From positions 20,546,731 to 20,601,701 of the forward strand of contig NC_057719.1 of assembly GCF_004010195.1 (NCBI RefSeq): DNA of 54,971 bases, given 5' to 3'. Under the pieces are notes generated by a model. The model was not told the origin of the DNA. It saw nothing but the letters and a program-made list of their open reading frames with translations, and ran no database searches. Within the stretch, counting starts at the first letter, position 1; every line of letters begins with the position of its first letter. Below are positions 48,822 through 54,971 of this stretch, piece by piece. Source of the DNA: Chiloscyllium plagiosum. Taxonomy: Eukaryota. The position numbers and the translations under genes were made by a program.

Positions 48822-49794
48822 TCCTTCAGCTGTTAACACACAAACAAAGCACTGACCATATCCAACCAATCTGCACTTAGAATACTCAAAACATAGTGTA
48901 TAATATTTGATATGATTCTTCAAATTGGATGACATTTGCTAAATTATCCTGAACGGGCAAAGAATTGCAATGACAACCAATTTAGGACTCAGTCTGGTAC
49001 ACTTGCATGTATTGGAAGCTACATATATAGATAGACAGAACACTGTTCTTTACAAACAGAAAGGACACGTACATGTGCTGTGTCTTTTCAACTCAACAAA
49101 ATAGATGACAACCATTCACTGGCTCATTCTGCGGGGCAATGTTTGATTGATCAGAATCGAACTGAATGGTTTGAAAGTGAAATAAAACTGGTAGTTAATA
49201 GTCAATCATCATCAACTATTTCATTATCCATGGCAGTACAGTCCGGTTCCCAAGAAATTAGCACTTTTCCTTCTTACTGTATATCTGTTGGTTTTCCCCT
49301 TTATTGGTATTCTTGTGAGTTGTCATGATGAACGCAAAATGAAAAGCTTTTAAAAAGGTACTCCAATTATACTATATTTGTTTCTCTGCTGAGAAAAGAA
49401 TGAATCTCTAATTCCTTTCCATATGGTTCTAATTAAAAATTTGCAGAAAAACTTTGAGTTGTAATCATTTAAGAAAAGTGGCTGTTATTTTTCACAGAAA
49501 TTCATAGTGATGAAGATGCACTGAATTTACATCAACAGTGAGTGAGTTAGCACTTCTTAGTTGAACACTTCAAATGGGTAGAGTAACACTTCAGAATAAG
49601 TAGCACATATCCTCCAGATATTGACATAATGGATTGAGCATTTTCTTACATTGTGTGTACTGTCATATCATAAACACATTCATTGACCTATGACTTCTGT
49701 CTTCATTGTTATTTAAATTTGATTCTTCTCGAATTTCATGTGCTCTGTTTCAAATCAACTATGAACAAGAATTTTATTTTAATTTTATTCAAAC

Positions 49795-50140
49795 ATAAGA
49801 TGAGGGCATCACTGGCTAGGCCAGCATTTGTTACCAATCCCTCACTGTCCAGAAGGCATTTGAACGTCAAACACAACCCTATGGATTTGAAAGTACATGT
49901 AGAACAGACCAGGCAAAGGTGGCAGTTTCCATCCTTAAAGGACATGAAAGAACCAGATGGGACTTTTCTCGCAATCGACAATGGTTTCATGGTCATCCTT
50001 AAACTCCTAATTCTAGACTTTTATTGAATTCAAATCCAATTATCTGCCATGATGGGATTCGAACACAGAACCCCAGATTATTACCTTAGTCACTGCATCG
50101 ATACTGTCACATTAATACCACTAGGCAATTGTTGTGCCAT
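49795..50140 (-). mobile_element. tRNA-derived SINE with L2/CR1-type tail
   Basis: GGGATTCGAAC B-box complement at 50055-50065; GGCATCACTGGCTAGGCCAGCATTTG end matches the reverse complement of the 12010-12045 LINE tail. Confidence 0.75.
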
Positions 50141-50257
50141 TATTTTTAGTTTTAATCTTGTTTTAAGATTCAGTATTGCAAATAGTTCTCATAAGTAGCT
50201 TTCACTGCTTATCTGTTTATCATTTGTCTGGATCATTAACAATTGCCAAGGATTAAC

Positions 50258-50600
50258 CATAGAACATAGAACATAGAACATTACAGCACAATACAGGTCC
50301 TTCAGCCCTCGATGTTGCGCTGACCTGTCATACCAATCTGAAGCCCATCTAACGTACACTATTCCGTGTACGTCCATATGCTTGTCCAATGATGACTTAA
50401 AGTTGGCGAATCTACTACCATTGCAGGACAAAGCATTCCATTCCCTTACTACTCTCTGAGTAAAGAAACTACCTCTGACATCTGTCCTATATCTGTCATC
50501 CCCCAATTTAAAGCTATGCCCCCTCGTGCTCGTCGTCACCATACTTGGAAAAAGGCTCTCCCTGTCCACCCTATGTAACCCTCTGATTATCTTATATATT
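50258..50600 (-). mobile_element. CR1 3' fragment
   Basis: (CATAGAA)3 tail; STRGHSFKL...FFTQRVVREWNAL. Confidence 0.92.
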
Positions 50601-50877
50601 TTATCACTTGTATGATATATGGTTATCCTTTAGTTACAGTAGGGATGCAATGGTTTGTTAGGTCGAGACTTACTGATTCATCTTAACCTATCCAGAGTGT
50701 CAGCCTAAATGTATCCCCAAGACTTTAACTGTATAAAAAAAAATCTAATAAACAGCGACGAAAGTAAGACAACAGTAGCAATGCTTAACATAGTCATTAA
50801 GCTATGTAGTTCTTAAGCTTTAAAATTTTCTTGAGAAAACTGAAAATAATGAATGATCCAATCTGTTTTGCTAAGCT

Positions 50878-51116
50878 AAGATGAGAGGGGAATGATTTAA
50901 AAGGGACGTAAGGGGCAACTTTTTCATGTAGATGGTGGCGTGTGTATGGAATGAGCTGTCAGAGGAAGTGGTGGAGGCTGGTACAATTAAAACAGTTAAA
51001 AAGCATCTGGATGGGTATATGAATAGGAAGGGTAGAGAGGGATATGGGTCAAGTGCTGGCAAATGGGACTAGATTAATTTAGGTCAGCACGTAAAGGTTG
51101 GACTCTATGACTCTAT
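50878..51116 (+). mobile_element. CR1 3' fragment
   Basis: VWNELSEEVVEAG; GACTCTATGACTCTATG tail. Confidence 0.9.
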
Positions 51117-52204
51117 GCATATTTTATGGTCACTTAAAAAAAAACTAATCTCTCATTAAAATTATCTTGCCTGACCATCATCATTAAAAGCTTTCAGAAG
51201 GATGTTCAACTGGAATCTATCAAACTGAGAAATAGTTTTCAGGAACAAACAATACATTATTTTTATCCAAGATCTCACTGAATTGAGAACGGTTTGGTCG
51301 GGTTAAATGTTTAAATCATATTAGTATGTTGTTCTTCATAAAAAAAAGTTAACCTGTTTGTGCTTGAATTAAATAACTTGATCCCTTCCTTGGATAATTG
51401 GCTTGAGGATATAACTAAAACATGTTAAAAAAATTCAAAATAAACTTTTGTTTTATACCATTATGTGCCAGGGCAAAATTGAACAAGCCAATAATATATA
51501 CATCTGAAGAGAAAATGTTGCATTGTTGTCATATCAGTTTCAAATAAGCAGGATAATTTGATTTTCTGCTTCATTTCCAGTAAATTCTTACAATGAAGCA
51601 GATAAACTTGACAGAAACCTGATTCTGTTGAATGCATACATTGCTTCAGGTGCAGAATGACGGGAATGGAGATCAATTATAGAATGGATCAATGTTGTGG
51701 AAAGAAACAGGGCTAAGATATTGTAGAGGGTATTTGGAGTTAAATGAATTACAGCATTCACACCTGTCTTTACAATGACTAAAGATTTTTGCAACTACAT
51801 GATACTTCAATTATTTTTTTCATTTTATTTGGCAGTTGTTTCAGTGTGTCCATCTGTTTCTCCAAACAAATGCCATTTGTACTAACACTGATCACTTTAA
51901 TTGGCAGAACGTTGCTCTCACTTAAAGCTTCAGCTGCCATTCAAGGGACCTGCTTCATTGTTGACAAGCAGAAGCTGGAAATGCAGCCAGATACTGTTTT
52001 AGGATATGCTTATATAAGGACAGTAAAGGAGTAGATGTGTTGTTTGAGATTCATGGACGGCCTATAAGGAATATCATTAGCAGAATGTAAGCAGAACCAT
52101 TTATCGAACAACTCCACCATATGGAAGAAGGTGAAGTTCAAAAGATTAATAAACCCAGGAAGTCAGCTATGCTAAAACAAGACAGGATTTCACTAAGCCA
52201 AGTA

Positions 52205-52378
52205 CAGAGGAACCTCAACTATCCGGCATTCAATTATCGGATTATTGGATTATCCGGAAAGATTGCAAGGTCCTGACGCTAGGCTAAACCATGTTATCTT
52301 ACACTCGATTATGTGGAATTCGATTAACCAAATGAAATACTCCCCGCCCTCGTCCTTCGGATAATCGAGGTTCCTCTA
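52205..52378. mobile_element. Tc1/mariner-pogo (Tigger-like) MITE, 174 bp
   Basis: TA flanks (52203-52204, 52379-52380); TIRs CAGAGGAACCTCAACTATCCG / CGGATAATCGAGGTTCCTCTA. Confidence 0.85.
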
Positions 52379-52411
52379 TAAATAGAAGGAAACATCTTGA
52401 ATTTCCATAAC

Positions 52412-52841
52412 ATAAAATGAAGTCCTGCACAGGCTGGAGATTAGATTAGATTACTTACAGTGTGGGAACAGGCCCTCCGGCCCAACAAGTCCACACCGCC
52501 CCGCCGAAGCGCAACCCACCCATACCCCTACATTTACCCCTTACCTCTTACTACGGGCAATTTAGCATGGCCAATTCACCTGACCTGCACATCTTTGGAC
52601 TGTGGGAGGAAACCGGAGCACCCGGAGGAAACCCACGCAGACACGGGGAGAATGTGCAAACTCCACACAGTTAGTCGCCTGAGGCGGGAATTGAACCTGG
52701 GTCTCTAGCGCTGTGAGGCAGCAGTGCTAACCACTGTGCCACCGTGCCGCCCAAATTACAGGAGAAACTTAGCAGATCTAGATGGCATTTGTGAAGAGAA
52801 AACAAAGTTAGCGTTTTGAGTCCAGTGATCCTTCTTCAGAA
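52412..52841 (-). mobile_element. Old PLE family B arm split by an HE1 SINE
   Basis: 52412-52439 tail piece plus 52755-52841 GAAACTTAGCAGATCT...GTTAGCGTTTTGAGTCCAGTGATCCTTCTTCAGAAC. Confidence 0.7.
52440..52752 (-). mobile_element. Young full-length HE1-like V-SINE
   Basis: Highly similar to 31549-31856; CpGs retained; intact A/B boxes. Confidence 0.95.
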
Positions 52842-53021
52842 CGCTTCTTCTGTGAACCTTCTCGTATTTCCATATCACCTTTCATTTGAATATACCCTAA
52901 AGTACTTTCTAACCAATAATGTACTTTGGAAGTGTCATCACTGTTTAAATCTATGAAAATATTGCAACATAATATTGACAAAACTGAGAAGACAATCTTG
53001 TTTCATAAGATAGACTGATAA

Positions 53022-53582
53022 AGTCATAGAGTTATAGAGTGTGAAAACAGGCCCTTCAGCCCAACTCATCCATGCCAACCAGGTTTCCGAAATTGAACTA
53101 GTCCCATTTGCCAGCGTTTGGCCTATATCCTCTAAACCTTCCTATTTACGTACCCATCCAGATGCCTTTTAAAAGTTTCACTTGTATCCACTTCCATCAC
53201 CTCCTATGGCAGCTGGTCCCATACACACACTACCCTCTGCATGAAAAAAATGGCCCACAGGTCCCTTTTACATCTTTTGCCTCTTGCCTTAAATCTGTAT
53301 CTGATGCTCCAGGGGAAATAGCCCCAGCCTATTCAGCCTCTCCCATAACTCAAACCTTCAATCCTGGCAATGCCCTTCAAAATCTTTTACTAACTCTTTG
53401 AGTTTAACAACATTTTTCCTGTAGGAGGGAAACCAGAATTGAATGCAATATTCTGAAAGTGGACTCACCAGTAACCTGTGGAGCTGGAACAAGATGTCTC
53501 ACCTCCAATCCTCAATGCGTTGACCCACAAAGACAAGATTGTCAAATGCCTTCTTCATCTCTCTGTTCCCCTGCAACTCCAC
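53022..53582 (-). mobile_element. CR1 3' fragment with internal deletion
   Basis: GTCATAGAGTTATAGAG tail; CCAGAATTGAATGCAATATTCTGAAAGTGG = PLSEYCIQFW on the minus strand. Confidence 0.85.
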
Positions 53583-54426
53583 TAAACATTTCTTTCAGTT
53601 AGCAGATCAAAGAACGGGTACCCACAGAGGTGGAAGTAATGAAGACATCAATGTTGACAAGTATGTTTGGCCACTGACTATGCAACTGAGAGGGGAACTG
53701 AGTCAATGTTGTACTCAGCTGAAGATCTTAAAGGTGAGGCCCTTCTATATAGTACTCCCTGATGGAAAGCAGGCTTCTTTATTGCTGTATTTGAGCATTA
53801 TAATTATTTCCGGCTTCATCCTTAGCAGCAAGCAAACCTCCTCCGCCTCCTCTACCTCTTCCAGCTGCTCAGTAATTCAGTGCTTCTGAACTACAAAATT
53901 GTACAGCATGCCTGAGACTATAAGAATGTTTAAATTCAGCTCACATTATACTGTAGGGTAATCCTTGATCTTTCCAGGCATTTAAAATGCCTCTTCAGTT
54001 ATCGACTGAGAATTTATTGATAATGATGGTGTCAAGATGAACTTTGTAACTTCATTGATCAACAACTTGTTCTGTCTCAATGATGTCCTCAGCCATGGTC
54101 CCCTAGGAACCACCTCTATTGGCTTTTTTTTCCTTCAGTTAGGCCCAACACAGAACACCATTAAATCAAAACATCATGAATGTGGCCCAAAAGGTTGGCC
54201 TTGCTTAGGCGGTCCTACCCTCCTGAGGCACATTCTCATTCCCTCGTTCAGGATCAACTCGATAGAAGGGGGTCACTTAATCAGGTAGAATGGTGGCACA
54301 GTCCTACCTCCTGCCTACTTGCATCCATGGACTGAATTCCCTGGTGTGTTTGCTTGCTGCGTCCCAGGAGGGTCCTCATTTTAAGGAACTGAGACCTGAT
54401 TGAGGAACTGACTATTGACAAGACTA

Positions 54427-54571
54427 AATAAAAACTGAAAGAACTGCAGATTTTGTAAATCAGAACAGTTCTGAGGAAGGGTCACTTAACCTGAAACATT
54501 AACATTAACTTGATTTTTTTGCACAGATGTTGCCAGACCTGCTGAGCTTTTCCAGGAACTTCTGATTCTGA
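54427..54571 (+). mobile_element. PLE family B element with decayed hammerhead motif
   Basis: AGTT CTGAGGA A GGGTCACTTAACCT GAAAC ATT AAC; GCCAGACCTGCTGAGCTTTTCCAG; inverted tail piece at 54427-54464. Confidence 0.78.
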
Positions 54572-54631
54572 CAATTGGCAAGGACCTGCCTAAAACCCCT
54601 CTCCTGCCTTTGATGTTGATTCCTCTACAGC

Positions 54632-54971
54632 TTGATCCTTGTCAACAGGGAGGAAAGGGTCATGTGAGGGAGCCGTGGTTTAATAAGGAATTGGAATCCC
54701 TTGTTAAATGGAAGAGGCCGGCCTATGTAAAGATGAGGCATGAAGGTTCAATTGGGGCGATTGAGAGTTATAAGGTAGCCAGGAAGGACCTGAAGAGAGA
54801 GCTAAGAGCAGCAAGGAGGGGACATGAAAAGTCCTTAGTTGGTAGGTTTAGGGAAGCCTTAGGGTTTGTCAGGTAGGTATGTCAGGAATAAAAGAATGAC
54901 TAGGAGGAATAGGTCCAGTCAAAGATAGTAGTGGGAAGTTGCGTGTGGAGGCTGAAGAGATTGGGGAGACA
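54632..54971 (+). mobile_element. CR1 ORF2 fragment (EN-RT linker), runs off the window
   Basis: REPWFNKELESLVKWKR...LKRELRAARRGHEKSL; GPVKDSSGKLRVEAEEIGET. Confidence 0.88.

Noticed and set aside
1..54971. CRISPR array, operon or other prokaryotic system
   Set aside because: No regularly spaced repeats or gene-dense regions; the sequence is vertebrate-type repeat DNA.

Overview
Repeat-rich, essentially non-genic eukaryotic DNA with one 914-N gap (25918-26831). The repeat content (HE1/V-SINE-type SINEs, CR1/HER1-like LINEs, Deu-domain SINE remnants, Penelope-like elements) points to a cartilaginous fish, probably a carpet/bamboo shark (inference). I recognise no host protein-coding exon, and nearly all ORF-track entries are TE debris or chance. 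The window holds many CR1 fragments (two long, nested ORF2 relics), plus RTE, L2 and possible Harbinger relics, a TA-flanked Tc1/pogo-type MITE and possible solo LTRs. The main signal is about 20 short Penelope-like (PLE) pseudo-LTR insertions, many folded back into 100-300 bp hairpins with 10-17 bp target-site duplications. They carry minimal type-I hammerhead ribozyme motifs (CUGANGA-A-stem II-GAAA-palindromic stem III-NUH) in at least three sequence families, often on both strands. Several local inverted duplications/inversions also occur. All analysis was by eye, so the boundaries of old repeats are approximate.
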